NCBI GenBank assembly: GCA_963823665.1
Contig: CAWGMQ010000005.1
Coordinates: 160,001-224,000, forward strand
Reading direction: 5' to 3'
DNA: 64,000 nucleotides
From: an uncultured Planctomycetota bacterium
Lineage (GTDB): Bacteria; Planctomycetota; Planctomycetia; Isosphaerales; Isosphaeraceae
The position numbers were made by a program, and so were the translations under genes. Of this stretch, positions 9,016 to 19,345 are shown one piece after another. A model generated the notes under the pieces. It made no database searches and was not told where the DNA came from. It saw only the letters and a list, made by a program, of their open reading frames with translations. Position 1 is the stretch's first letter. Every line of letters begins with the position of its first letter.

Positions 9016-12000
9016 ATGAGTGGCGAGTGTCGCGGTTGCGGAAACGTGCTACCGGACAGGGCGTTGAGCGGGCTCTGCCCGGTGTGCCTTCTTCGACAGG
9101 GGCTGGCCGGGATTAGTGCGTCCTCCGGCGATACCGCGCCAGCCATGAGTTTGACTGTGGCTCCAGCGGCGAGCGCCCTGGCCACGCTGGACAGGTCGCT
9201 CGGCGGACTGCCGCGAGTGTTGCTTCGTGATTCCGAGCTGGATAGCGCGCCTGGGCCGCTAGTCCAGCCGGGCTCGCCCGAAATGCCCGCGCTCGGCGCG
9301 GGCGCTGGCCGGTTGCAGCTTCTGGGCGAGATCGCACGTGGTGGGATGGGGGCGGTTCTGAAGGGCCGTGACCCTGATCTGGGACGTGACGTGGCAATCA
9401 AGGTGCTGCTCGATTCGCATCGCGGCAAGCCCGAGCTGATTCGCCGTTTTATCGAGGAAGCCCAGATCGGTGGTCAGTTACAGCATCCGGGGATCGTGCC
9501 GATTTACGAGCTGGGCGCGTTCGCGGACCAACGCCCGTATTTCGCGATGAAGCTGGTCAAAGGTCGAACGCTCTCGAATCTGCAGGACGAGCGCTCGGAC
9601 CGGGCGCACGACGTTGCGCGATTTCTCGCGATCTTCGAGGCGGTGTGCCAGACGATTGCGTACGCGCACGCCCGGGGCGTGATTCACCGCGATTTGAAGC
9701 CGTCGAACATCATGGTCGGCTCGTTTGGCGAAGTGCAGGTGATGGATTGGGGGCTGGCGAAGGTCTTGCCGCAGGGAGGCGCGGCCGATGATGCAACTGC
9801 CGGCAAGACGCGCGAGCGTGAAACGGTGATTGCCACCGCCCGGAGCGGCGGTGAATCCGACTCGGACCTGTCGAGGGCCGGCAGCGTGATGGGCACGCCG
9901 TCGTACATGGCGCCGGAGCAGGCGCGCGGCGAGGTGGAACGGCTGGACGAGCGGTGCGACGTCTTCGCGTTGGGGTCAATCCTGTGCGAGATCTTGACCG
10001 GCGAGCCGGCATTCACGGGCCGTTCATCGGGTGAGATTCAGCGGAAGGCGTCGCGGGGCGAGTTGAAAGAGACGCTCGATCGCCTGGATGCACGCGGCGG
10101 TGATTCGGAGCTGATCGCACTGGCCAAGGACTGCCTATCCTCGGAGCTAGAAGACCGTCCGCGCCACGCCGGCGAGGTGGCGGCGCGGATCAATGCTCAT
10201 CAAGCGGGCGTGCAGGAACGGTTGAGACTTGCCGAGATCGCGCGTGCGGAGGAGAAGGCACGTGCTGAGGAGGCAACCAAGCGCGCTCGGGTTGAGCGGG
10301 ATCGGTTGAGGTTGACCGTGGCGCTGGCGGCGACGGCGATGGGTTTGATCCTTCTTGCAGCGGGCGTCTGGGGCTATCTGGCCCAGCAGCACGCGTCGCG
10401 CCGCGCGGCCACCGAGCGAAATGTTTCCCAGGCAGTTGACGAGGCGAACCAACTGCGGGGTCAAGCGAGAGCGGCAGGCATCGGTGACCTTTCCAAGTGG
10501 TTCGAGGCACAGCGAGCGGCTGAAAAAGCAAATGCGCTCATGGTCGCTGGCGAAGCGGATGCGGATCTCAAGAATCGAGTCGCGAACCTGGTATTACTCA
10601 TCAGGACCGAGCAGTCCGACGCGACCCACCGTGCGCTCGAGTTGGCGAGAGATCGGCAGTTTCTCGACAGATTGGAGAGCGTTCGACTCGACGCGTTACA
10701 CGATGAGGACGACGGAGACACCACGGACACCGCCTATTCCATGGCCTTCAAAGAGTTTGGCATCGATCCGGACCGGCTCGATCCCGAGGAGACTGGTCGA
10801 CTCTTGGCACTGCGATCCAACGCCTCGGAGCTAGCTTATTACCTCGACGAATGGGCGGTAATACGTCAGTACTTCCCAAAGGGAAGAAGCGGGGACTCTT
10901 GGAAACGGCTCCTCGCGTCAGCTCGCGGCGCCGACCCAGACCCTTGGCGCGACAAGCTTCGAAAGCTGGTGGAGGCGGAAGACGCGGACGGACTAGCTCG
11001 ACTCGCCATCGACGAACAGGTTCTTGCAGGACAGCCGGCACGCAGCTTGCTAATTCTGTCAACGCACCTAGGAGACTATCTGGGAGCCGAGGTTATAGAC
11101 CGAGTACTCAGACCAGCATGGGAGTTGCATCCCGACGACTTTGGACTCTGCTACGAATTGGGCACCTGGGGCAACATCCGTTTCAGCACGGCCGCGGTCG
11201 CACTTCGCCCACAGAATGCTGCGGCCCATTACGAGCTCGGTGAACACTTACTGAGGTGCGGTGGAGAGCAGTTAGAGATTGCTCACGATCACCCAATGAC
11301 GGCGGCCGTTGAGCTCAAAGAAGCTATCACACACTATCGTGCAGCGACGCGCAATAGACCGGGCACGGGCATTTATCATCTCCGTCTTGCTCACGCCTTA
11401 TTCGTGAATGGGAATCCGGATGAAGCCATCGCCCAATATCGGGAGGCGATCCGGCTAGGCAAAAGGTGGATGGTGCCGCAACACAACCTCGCCGTCGACC
11501 TCCTGCGGGCCGGCAGATGGGACGATGCGCTCGTCGAATATGAGGGCCTGCTTCGTGCCAATCCCAGCGACGCCTCGATTCAAGGCAATTTCCTTGAACT
11601 AATGGATTTTCTGGGAAAGGCGACGAAGGCCGGGCTCGCGCTATCCGACGAAGTGAGGTCCCGCCAACGGCTTCGCGCAGCGATCGCGGCTGCCCAAGCC
11701 GGCACCGGGCCGGACGCAGAAGAGAAGGGGCTCTCTTTGGACCATCCCGTGCGTGCCAGGTGGCGAGCGTACGCTCTCCGATGGATGCGTGCAGAGCGAG
11801 AGTTTTGTGGCAAAATCCTCGACCCCGCAACCGTCGACAAAGCAAGCTCCGCAGTTGCGACACCCCAAAAACTCGCCCTCGCCCGCAAGTCCCTCGACAT
11901 CTTGACCCACCACCGCGACCTAGCCTGCGTGCGCGACGAGAAGGAACTGGCTAGACTACCGGAGCCTGAGCGAAAAGAGTGGCAGGCATTCTGGGCCGAG

Positions 12001-12036
12001 GTCGCCGCGCTTCTCAAGAAGGCAGACGGGCACTAG
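9016..12036 (+). CDS. Hanks-type Ser/Thr protein kinase with N-terminal Cys motif, TM helix and TPR repeats
   Basis: CRGC...CPVC; IARGGMGAV, VAIK, HRDLKPSN, DWGLAK, GTPSYMAPEQ; TM segment; C-terminal TPRs (AAAHYELG, EAIAQYREAIRL). Confidence 0.93.
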   Translation: MSGECRGCGNVLPDRALSGLCPVCLLRQGLAGISASSGDTAPAMSLTVAPAASALATLDRSLGGLPRVLLRDSELDSAPGPLVQPGSPEMPALGAGAGRLQLLGEIARGGMGAVLKGRDPDLGRDVAIKVLLDSHRGKPELIRRFIEEAQIGGQLQHPGIVPIYELGAFADQRPYFAMKLVKGRTLSNLQDERSDRAHDVARFLAIFEAVCQTIAYAHARGVIHRDLKPSNIMVGSFGEVQVMDWGLAKVLPQGGAADDATAGKTRERETVIATARSGGESDSDLSRAGSVMGTPSYMAPEQARGEVERLDERCDVFALGSILCEILTGEPAFTGRSSGEIQRKASRGELKETLDRLDARGGDSELIALAKDCLSSELEDRPRHAGEVAARINAHQAGVQERLRLAEIARAEEKARAEEATKRARVERDRLRLTVALAATAMGLILLAAGVWGYLAQQHASRRAATERNVSQAVDEANQLRGQARAAGIGDLSKWFEAQRAAEKANALMVAGEADADLKNRVANLVLLIRTEQSDATHRALELARDRQFLDRLESVRLDALHDEDDGDTTDTAYSMAFKEFGIDPDRLDPEETGRLLALRSNASELAYYLDEWAVIRQYFPKGRSGDSWKRLLASARGADPDPWRDKLRKLVEAEDADGLARLAIDEQVLAGQPARSLLILSTHLGDYLGAEVIDRVLRPAWELHPDDFGLCYELGTWGNIRFSTAAVALRPQNAAAHYELGEHLLRCGGEQLEIAHDHPMTAAVELKEAITHYRAATRNRPGTGIYHLRLAHALFVNGNPDEAIAQYREAIRLGKRWMVPQHNLAVDLLRAGRWDDALVEYEGLLRANPSDASIQGNFLELMDFLGKATKAGLALSDEVRSRQRLRAAIAAAQAGTGPDAEEKGLSLDHPVRARWRAYALRWMRAEREFCGKILDPATVDKASSAVATPQKLALARKSLDILTHHRDLACVRDEKELARLPEPERKEWQAFWAEVAALLKKADGH

Positions 12037-12076
12037 AATCGGACTGGTCCCGCAAGGTGCCTTCGTCGAGATCTTC

Positions 12077-12331
12077 ATGAACCCGCACAAGCTGTTTCGG
12101 AAAGCGCTGAATGGCCCCAAGAATCTGCCGTTCCATGACTTCCTCCAGCTTGCAAACGCTTTCGGATTCCGACTCGCGCGGACGAGCGGAAGCCACCACA
12201 TTCTGATCCACGATGAAGTTGCCGAGCCCTTGAACCTTCAAGAAGTCGACGGCAAAGCCAAGCCGTACCAAGTCCGCCAATTTCTTCGAATCGTCGAGGA
12301 AAACAACCTAACTCTGGGCGACGAGTCATGA
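12077..12331 (+). CDS. hicA: HicA-family toxin
   Basis: AFGFRLARTSGSHHIL, NLQ...GKAKPYQVRQF. Confidence 0.85.
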   Translation: MNPHKLFRKALNGPKNLPFHDFLQLANAFGFRLARTSGSHHILIHDEVAEPLNLQEVDGKAKPYQVRQFLRIVEENNLTLGDES

Positions 12332-12552
12332 AAGATTATCACATCAATATTTTCTATAGCCAGGAAGACGACGGATACATTGCCGATATCCCCGACCTGC
12401 ACTACTGTTCGGCGTTCGGTCGTACTCCATCTGAGGCGCTCACGGAACTCGAGAAAGCCAAGGCCGCCTGGATCGAGGCGGCGAACGCCGAGGGCAAGCC
12501 AGTCCCGAAGCCACGTTATCGTCCGGCGATTTATCAAAGCGCCCGGGCGTAA
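12328..12552 (+). CDS. hicB: HicB-family antitoxin (short form)
   Basis: YSQEDDGYIADIPDL..CSAFGRTPSEAL...WIEAA...PVPKP; ATGA overlap. Confidence 0.88.
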   Translation: MKDYHINIFYSQEDDGYIADIPDLHYCSAFGRTPSEALTELEKAKAAWIEAANAEGKPVPKPRYRPAIYQSARA

Positions 12553-12711
12553 TTCGCTTGGGCGAGTTCTTGTCGAGTCGACATCAATCAATGTCGGCTC
12601 ATACCACTCGTTGTCTCTGCGATCGCAGACCTTCTCAAAGCAAATGAGGCACTCTAGAATCAAGAGGTCGTCCGAATTGTTGAATTCCGAGGATTCCAAC
12701 CGAGACAGGGA

Positions 12712-13131
12712 ATGCCGGCTCGAGACTTCTATCACGATGTCGTCAGGTCGGCCTTGATTGCCGACGGTTGGACGATTATGCACGATCCATTGGTCTTGAA
12801 ATGGGGGAGCAAGGATTTCTTCGTGGACCTCGGTGCCGAGCACTTGCTGTCTGCAGACAAGGCAGGCCAGAAAATCGCCGTTGAGGTGAAGAGCTTCACC
12901 GGGGCGTCAGACATTGACGACCTGGAGAAAGCCGTCGGACAGTTCATCGTGTATCACGACATTCTCGAAGAAGGCGAGCCGGACCGACGCCTCTATTTGG
13001 CGATCCCCAAGCGGGTCATCGACGATCTTTTCCAGGAACCGATTGGACAGTTGTTATTGAAGCGCGAGCGAGTTCGCCTGCTTGTCTTCGATCCGGATTC
13101 GGAGGTCATTGTCGAATGGATACCTCATTAG
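12712..13131 (+). CDS. xisH: XisH-family (PD-(D/E)xK-like) protein
   Basis: MPARDFYHDVVRSALIADGWTIMHDP, VDLGAE, KIAVEVKSF, AVGQF, LYLAIP. Confidence 0.9.
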   Translation: MPARDFYHDVVRSALIADGWTIMHDPLVLKWGSKDFFVDLGAEHLLSADKAGQKIAVEVKSFTGASDIDDLEKAVGQFIVYHDILEEGEPDRRLYLAIPKRVIDDLFQEPIGQLLLKRERVRLLVFDPDSEVIVEWIPH

Positions 13132-13451
13132 ATTCCTACCGTTCGATCATCGAACATGTTCTGACAGACTATTCAAAATACCCTTATGCCTACGGGCAGA
13201 TCGAACGTCAGCTCGTATTCGACCGCTCGCGAGACCATTACCTGTTAATGAGCGTCGGCTGGGACAAACAGCGCGTCCACGGCTCTCTCATCCACATCGA
13301 CCTGATCGACGGCAAGTGCTGGATTCAGCGCGACGGCACCGAGACCGGCATCGCCCATGAGCTCGAAGCCGCCGGAATCCCCAAGAACCGGATCGTCCTG
13401 GCATTCCGGCCCCCGGAAATTCGGCCTCAGACCGGTTACGCCGTCGCCTGA
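13116..13451 (+). CDS. xisI: XisI-family protein
   Basis: FDRSRDHYLLMSVGW, IHIDLIDGKCWIQRDGTETGIA, GIPKNRIVLAF. Confidence 0.9.
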   Translation: MDTSLDSYRSIIEHVLTDYSKYPYAYGQIERQLVFDRSRDHYLLMSVGWDKQRVHGSLIHIDLIDGKCWIQRDGTETGIAHELEAAGIPKNRIVLAFRPPEIRPQTGYAVA

Positions 13452-13557
13452 ATTGCGGGCCGCCTACCGCGCGAGGCTTGGCCGGAAACATGGCCTCTTT
13501 CGGTGGCCGATGCTAGAATTGGGTATTGATTCTAGCTGTCTGTAGGAGTTCCTGGTC

Positions 13558-14351
13558 ATGCGCAGCCCGTTTCCCGGGATGGACCCCTACCTTGAGCAAT
13601 TCTGGGGCGATCTTCATCATACGATGATTAACCGCGTGCGCGCCGCGATCCAGAAGCAGTTGCCCGCCGACCTCATCGCACGCGTCGACGAACGGGTCGT
13701 CAGCGAGCCGTCGGATGGGCTTTCCCGGAAAATCATACCCGACGTCCGTGTCGTGGAGCGCGGCGGCGCGAGGATCCCATCGTTCGGTTGAGTAATGGCA
13801 TTGCCGTCGCCGAGCCGCTGGTCGTCCACGTGGTACAGGACGAGCCCGAGCGTCAGGGCTTCATCGAGATCATCGAACTCAAGTCGCGTCGGCGCGTCGT
13901 CACTGTGATCGAGATCCTCAGCCCGTCGAACAAAGTGCCGGGGCCGAGTCGCGACCTGTACTTCAAGAAGCAGGAAGAGCTCCGGCAAGGCGGCGTTAGC
14001 CTGGTCGAAATCAACTTGAACCGGACCGGTAGCCACGTCCTGATGGTCCCGATCAACCGGATCCCCGAAGGCCACGCGACGCCCTACGCCGTTTGCATCC
14101 GCCGGGCATGGAAGCCCTTTGAGTTCGAATACGATCGCCTTCCCCTGCGCGAACGCCTACCCGCCATCCCCATCCCTCTGCGGCCCGAGGATTCCTACGT
14201 TCCTCTCGATCTCCAGGCGATACTGGATGACTGTTGCGAGGAAGGACGGTACCCGGACGACATCGACTATCGCAACGAGCCGGATCCGCCCCTCACCGGT
14301 GACGACGCCCGATGGGCCGACGCCTTGCTCCGCGAACATGGCCGTCGATAG
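13558..14351 (+). CDS. DUF4058-family protein, split by a frameshift near 13765
   Basis: MRSPFPGMDPYLE in the first ORF; VTVIEILSPSNK...LVEINL...LPAIPIPL...LDLQA in the second. Confidence 0.85.
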
Positions 14352-14517
14352 CCAACGCCGCAACCGTCCATAACGCCTTCGCGATTAGCAGCGATTGATG
14401 ATTCGTTCAATCGCGACTAAAATCACAGAAATGGCTCACACGGTGTGCATTAGGAGCGCGAATGCATGCACGCAGCGACTCGTGATGCCGGACCGAGCGC
14501 TATAGGACACGACAGCG

Positions 14518-15675
14518 ATGCCGAGCGAAGAAAACGGGTTGGAAGCGATTCGCGAAAAAGTCCAGGCCGGCAAACGCCTTAGTTTCGAGGACGGGCTCGC
14601 GCTCGAGGCTTCGAACGACCTGTTCGCCTTGGGCACAATGGCCGACTTGGTGCGCGAGCGCTATAACGGCAATTTCGCGTACTACAACGTCAACACGCAC
14701 ATCAACCCCACGAACGTGTGCGTCTACACGTGTGACTTCTGCGCGTTTCGGGCCGACCTGGGCGAGGCCCGCGCCTATGTCATGGATCGTGACCAGATCA
14801 TCGAACGCGCGCGACAAGCCAGCGCACGCGGGGCCACCGAGTTGCATATCGTGGGCGGGCTGCACCACAAGCTGCCGTTCGCCTATTACGTCGACGTCGT
14901 CCGATGGGTCAAGGAGGCTGCCCCCGAGATTCACGTGAAGGCCTACACGGCGGTCGAGATTGAGTGGTTCTGCAAGATTTCCCGAAAGTCCGTCGAAGCG
15001 GTGCTCAAGGAACTGGTCGAGGCCGGCCTGGGCAGTCTGCCCGGCGGCGGTGCCGAGATCTTCCATCCCGAGGTTCGCGAGCAGATTTGCGGCGCCAAGG
15101 CCTCGACGGAAAGCTGGCTCAACGTGCACCGGACTGCCCATCGCCTGGGGCTGCACTCGAACGCGACTATGCTCTACGGCCATATCGATAAGCCAAATCA
15201 TCGCATCGATCATCTGGTCCGCCTGCGCGAGCTTCAAGACGAGACCGGCGGGTTCCAGACGTTCATCCCACTGGCGTTTCACCCCGATAACTCCGAGATG
15301 GCGCATATCCCCAAGCCGTCCGGATTGATGGACTTGAAGGTGATGGCGATCAGCCGGCTCATGCTCGACAACTTCCCACACATCAAAGCTTACTGGGTCA
15401 TGCTCGGGCTCAAGACAGCCCAGATAGCCCTGTCGTTCGGGGCCGACGATCTTGATGGCACGGTCGTCCACGAAAAGATCTACCACGAAGCAGGTGCCCA
15501 GACGCCCCAGGAAGCGACCGTTGCCGAGATCCGGCGTTTGATCGCCGAGGCCGGCCGTGTGCCGGTCGAGCGCGATACGCTGTATCACCGCGTCGAACGT
15601 GATGCTGGAACCTGGACGACCCGCGAGCACATCGAGGTAACAGGGCTCGCACTGGCCGGCGCGGGCCGAAACTGA
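14518..15675 (+). CDS. mqnE: Aminofutalosine synthase MqnE (radical SAM)
   Basis: NPTNVCVYTCDFCAF (CX3CX2C), ELHIVGGLH, HVKAYTAVEI, SLPGGGAEIF, NATMLYGH, FIPLAFHPDN, HIKAYWVM, GADDLDGT. Confidence 0.92.
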   Translation: MPSEENGLEAIREKVQAGKRLSFEDGLALEASNDLFALGTMADLVRERYNGNFAYYNVNTHINPTNVCVYTCDFCAFRADLGEARAYVMDRDQIIERARQASARGATELHIVGGLHHKLPFAYYVDVVRWVKEAAPEIHVKAYTAVEIEWFCKISRKSVEAVLKELVEAGLGSLPGGGAEIFHPEVREQICGAKASTESWLNVHRTAHRLGLHSNATMLYGHIDKPNHRIDHLVRLRELQDETGGFQTFIPLAFHPDNSEMAHIPKPSGLMDLKVMAISRLMLDNFPHIKAYWVMLGLKTAQIALSFGADDLDGTVVHEKIYHEAGAQTPQEATVAEIRRLIAEAGRVPVERDTLYHRVERDAGTWTTREHIEVTGLALAGAGRN

Positions 15676-16153
15676 TCAGGAGTGCCCCTGACCCGTCGCG
15701 GAGACTCCGCCAACGCTTGGATCCCCAAATCGCTGTCATTACATGGAGATGATGGGCGGCGAGAAGAGTGGCACGGCCGCCGGCGTGTTTGTCTCTGATG
15801 GAAGACATCCGCCGAGCCAGGATCTTCTTCATCGTGATCGTTCGTGCCTCGTTGGTCCTGTTGAACGTCACGGCCACCCCATGCTCGCGGCAAACACGGC
15901 TTGATCGTCACGAACGCGCGAAAAAGTCAAGTTCGACGGAATGACTTCCCAACGTTCCTTTCCGTGGCCGCGTTGGCGATCACGAGATCACGAGCATCAC
16001 GAGCGCCCCCCGCCGCTTCGCCTTGACCAATATTCACAATCGTTCTATGATCCGCCTCAAACCCAGTCGGCGGAAGGGGGGCGATGCGGTCTGCGCGTGC
16101 CCTTGGACTACTTGCCTTTCCGCTCGAGCCTGGCTCAAGGAGGAGCCCCGGCG

Positions 16154-16894
16154 ATGCGCAGCCACAACAAGGCGCTCTGCTGCCTCGTGGCCGAATCAAT
16201 CGATTGTCCCGGCCCGATCTTCGAGTTTGGTGCCTACCAGGTTGACGGCCAGGAAGGCTTTGCCGACCTTCGCAGCCTGTTTCCGCGGCAAAAGTACGTC
16301 GGATGCGACATGAGGCCGGGGCCGGGCGTTGACCGGGTGGAGGATGTCACCGCGATCAACCTTCCGGACTCGTCCGCAGGCACGGTCCTCTGCATCGAGA
16401 CGTTCGAGCACGTCTTCGAGGTGCGCAGGGCGTTTGACGAAGTGTTTCGCATCCTCGCGCCAGGAGGGGTGTTCGTGATCACGTCACCACTGAATTTTCG
16501 GATTCACGGTTACCCGGACGATTACTGGCGGATGACACCCAACTGCCTGAGGCGGATGCTCGAGCCCTATGCGGCCCGGCTCTCGGGATTTCAAGGGTAC
16601 CACGCGTTCCCTCACACGGTGATGGGGGTTGGAATGAAGGGCCCGGTGTCGTCGAACGCGATGGCGTCTCTCGGCAGAATTGCCTCGGGCTACAAGCAAT
16701 GGCTTGATCAGACCGCGGCGTCGCTTCCACTGAGCGAGAAGCTGCGGCGAAGCGTCTCGCAGCTCTACCGCTCCAAGGGCGAGCGGCGTCAGATCGCCAG
16801 CTATTACGCGGCCGAATTCGCGATTGACTCGGGTGAGCAGCTCGAGGTGCGCGGCAGGCACTCGACCGGTGTTTCCGCGATGGCCGCGTGCTGA
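16154..16894 (+). CDS. Class I SAM-dependent methyltransferase
   Basis: IFEFGA, YVGCDMRPGPGVD, CIETFEHV, LAPGG, HGYPDDYWR. Confidence 0.85.
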   Translation: MRSHNKALCCLVAESIDCPGPIFEFGAYQVDGQEGFADLRSLFPRQKYVGCDMRPGPGVDRVEDVTAINLPDSSAGTVLCIETFEHVFEVRRAFDEVFRILAPGGVFVITSPLNFRIHGYPDDYWRMTPNCLRRMLEPYAARLSGFQGYHAFPHTVMGVGMKGPVSSNAMASLGRIASGYKQWLDQTAASLPLSEKLRRSVSQLYRSKGERRQIASYYAAEFAIDSGEQLEVRGRHSTGVSAMAAC

Positions 16895-16956
16895 GGCAAT
16901 CCACGGAGCGAACCGCCCTCGTCCGAAAGGGCCTGGGCTCTTGAGGGATGATCGTC

Positions 16957-18624
16957 ATGTCGAAGACGGTGGACCGGCTGCTCGTTCTGGGTCTGGATGG
17001 CGCCACCTGGAGCGTACTTGACCCGATGCGGAGCCGGGGCTTGATGCCCAACCTGGACGCGCTTCTTTCCGGTGCCGCGCATGGAACGCTGCGGTCAATC
17101 ATCCCGCCGGTCACAACGGCCGCGTGGACGACGATGATGACCGGTTGCGGCCCTGCGCGTCACGGAGTCTTTGATCACAGATACTATGACGCCGCCGAAG
17201 GGCGAATGAAGGTCAACCACTCGGGGCGGATTCGTGTGCCGACCGTGTGGCGATTGCTCTCCGATGCCGGACGATCGATCGTATCGCTCAACGTGCCTGG
17301 GTTGTACCCTCCGATCAAGGTAAACGGAATTGTTGTCTCGGGCATGGATGCGCCGCATCTCCAAGCGGCGCTCGCGGCTGCTCCAGAGTTTGCGTCGCGC
17401 CTGCCCGAGGAGGCCCCCGACTACGGCCTGGGCTATTTCTGGAAGCGAGCGCCGCAGACTCTCGAAGAACTTAGCAACAACGCCCGGCTGACCGCCCAGA
17501 GCTTCCGCGGACGCGCGGACGGAGGCTGGCTTGCCGATCGAATCGTGCCCGACTGGTCGGTCCTGATGGTGCAGTTTCAGAACCTGGACCCGTTCCAGCA
17601 CCGCGTGTGGCCCTATCTCAACGTCGATGAAACAGGCGTTGAACGGCCCGACTGGAACAATGCTGCGGCGGAAGTGATCCGGGGTCTCGATGAAGCGATC
17701 GGGCGACTCTGCGAGCTCGCGGGGAAGCGGGGTGCCGCCGTGATGGTCGTGAGCGATCACGGCTTCGGCCCCTGTCTGGGCCGCATTCACGTCAACCGCA
17801 TCCTGGTAGACGCCGGTGTTGTCCGGTTGCCCGGATGGGCAGGACGTATCGGGCGCCGAACGTTTCAGGCCAGCGACCGGCTGAGGCTGTGGGGCCAGAA
17901 GCGCGACAATCCGCAGGCCCGCTCCGCGTCGTTCGATCAATCCGTCACCGCTCAGTACCCGTTTGATTGGAAGCGAACGCTGGCCTTCGCGCCCCACCAG
18001 GACACGGCGGCGATGGTTTACGTCAATTGCGCTGCCCGCCATCGAGGCGTGAAGACCGCAGCACCCAGCATGACGCCCCGCCAGATCGACGACGCCCGCA
18101 GGACCGCAGCCCAGGCGCTGGGAGCGGCCAATCATCCCGAGACCGGCGCTCCGCTCTTTCCCAAGATCATCGAAACCTCGGAAGCCTACCAGATCGACCC
18201 CACCCGCGAGGGATACCCTGACCTGATCGCCCTCCCCGACGAGCCCTACTGGGTGCGAACCAAGCTTAGCTCGAGCTCAGCATGGGTCGAGCCCGACGCG
18301 AATCTCCCCGGAACACATCGGCCCGAAGGAGCCGTGGCACTGGCGGGCGTAGGCCTTCCTACGGGTCGCAACTTGAAGGCGCACCTGATCGACGCCACGC
18401 CGACCATCCTCGCCTTGCTCGGCCTTTCGATCCCGTCTCACATCGAAGGAAAACCTCTCCTCGGCTCACCGAGGATGTCGGGGGTGTCACCGGAGTCTAC
18501 ACCGTTCCGGCATGACGCCGCTCAAGAACCGCTCGACGGCCCTCATCGCCAACCATTCGAATACTCATCCGAAGAGCAACAAATCATCGAGCAGCGCCTG
18601 ATGGACCTGGGATACCTCGAGTAG
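16957..18624 (+). CDS. Alkaline phosphatase superfamily (nucleotide pyrophosphatase/phosphodiesterase-like) protein
   Basis: LVLGLDGAT, PPVTTAAWTTMMTG, DPFQH, VSDHGFG, GTHRPEG, RLMDLGYLE. Confidence 0.88.
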   Translation: MSKTVDRLLVLGLDGATWSVLDPMRSRGLMPNLDALLSGAAHGTLRSIIPPVTTAAWTTMMTGCGPARHGVFDHRYYDAAEGRMKVNHSGRIRVPTVWRLLSDAGRSIVSLNVPGLYPPIKVNGIVVSGMDAPHLQAALAAAPEFASRLPEEAPDYGLGYFWKRAPQTLEELSNNARLTAQSFRGRADGGWLADRIVPDWSVLMVQFQNLDPFQHRVWPYLNVDETGVERPDWNNAAAEVIRGLDEAIGRLCELAGKRGAAVMVVSDHGFGPCLGRIHVNRILVDAGVVRLPGWAGRIGRRTFQASDRLRLWGQKRDNPQARSASFDQSVTAQYPFDWKRTLAFAPHQDTAAMVYVNCAARHRGVKTAAPSMTPRQIDDARRTAAQALGAANHPETGAPLFPKIIETSEAYQIDPTREGYPDLIALPDEPYWVRTKLSSSSAWVEPDANLPGTHRPEGAVALAGVGLPTGRNLKAHLIDATPTILALLGLSIPSHIEGKPLLGSPRMSGVSPESTPFRHDAAQEPLDGPHRQPFEYSSEEQQIIEQRLMDLGYLE

Positions 18625-18642
18625 AGTCTCGCTTCGCGCAAT

Positions 18643-19164
18643 TCAGATCAGGTCGAGCCGCCGGCGGGGCGTGTGGGACCGGCTGCACGCAGAACAGACA
18701 CCGGTGATCAGAAATCGGTGGCCCGTCGGGCGAAATCCGTGCGTCAGGCTAACCGCACTGCGCAGCTTGAGAATCTCGTCGTTTCGGAACTCGACGATTC
18801 GGTTGCACGACGTGCAGTGCAGATGATCGTGGGCCGGGTAGCCGTAGTCGTGCTCGAACGCACTGCGATTGGTTAATCGCAACTCACGCAATAGGCCAGC
18901 TTCCACGAGCAGCCTCAGTGTCCTGTAGACAGTCGAGCGGCTGACCTGGTGGCCGGCATCATGAAGGTCGCGAAAGAGCTCGTCGGCGTCGAAGTGCTTG
19001 TGGGTGTTGAAAATGTGGCGCACAAGAAGCCGTCGGGGCTGGGTCAGCTTCTCGCCGCGGATCTCGAGAAATTCGCGGAATTTCTCGACCGGCGCGTCTG
19101 AACCCGCCAGCGGCGCCAGATGGTCGTGCTCCGTTTCCCCGACAATTGCAGTTCCCGGGACCAA
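18643..19164 (-). CDS. fur: Fur-family transcriptional regulator
   Basis: LTQPRR, HFDADEL, SRSTVYRTL, HDHLHCTSC, CSAC. Confidence 0.9.
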   Translation of the reverse strand: MVPGTAIVGETEHDHLAPLAGSDAPVEKFREFLEIRGEKLTQPRRLLVRHIFNTHKHFDADELFRDLHDAGHQVSRSTVYRTLRLLVEAGLLRELRLTNRSAFEHDYGYPAHDHLHCTSCNRIVEFRNDEILKLRSAVSLTHGFRPTGHRFLITGVCSACSRSHTPRRRLDLI

Positions 19165-19345
19165 TTCGCGGACCTTTCCCGTGAGTCGTACAGGTTCTCC
19201 TCTTCGTCAATCAAGAAAGGCTATTCTAGCTTTCCAGCATGTGAACTACCAGTCTATGCACTCGCGAGAGCGGCGCTGTTCGTGTATCGTGATCCTGTAC
19301 AAAACCGATCAGTCTACGGTCTCTATCGTCAGGGTGTTTCGCACG

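Noticed and set aside
14500..15630. 376-aa minus-strand ORF
   Set aside because: Shadow of mqnE.
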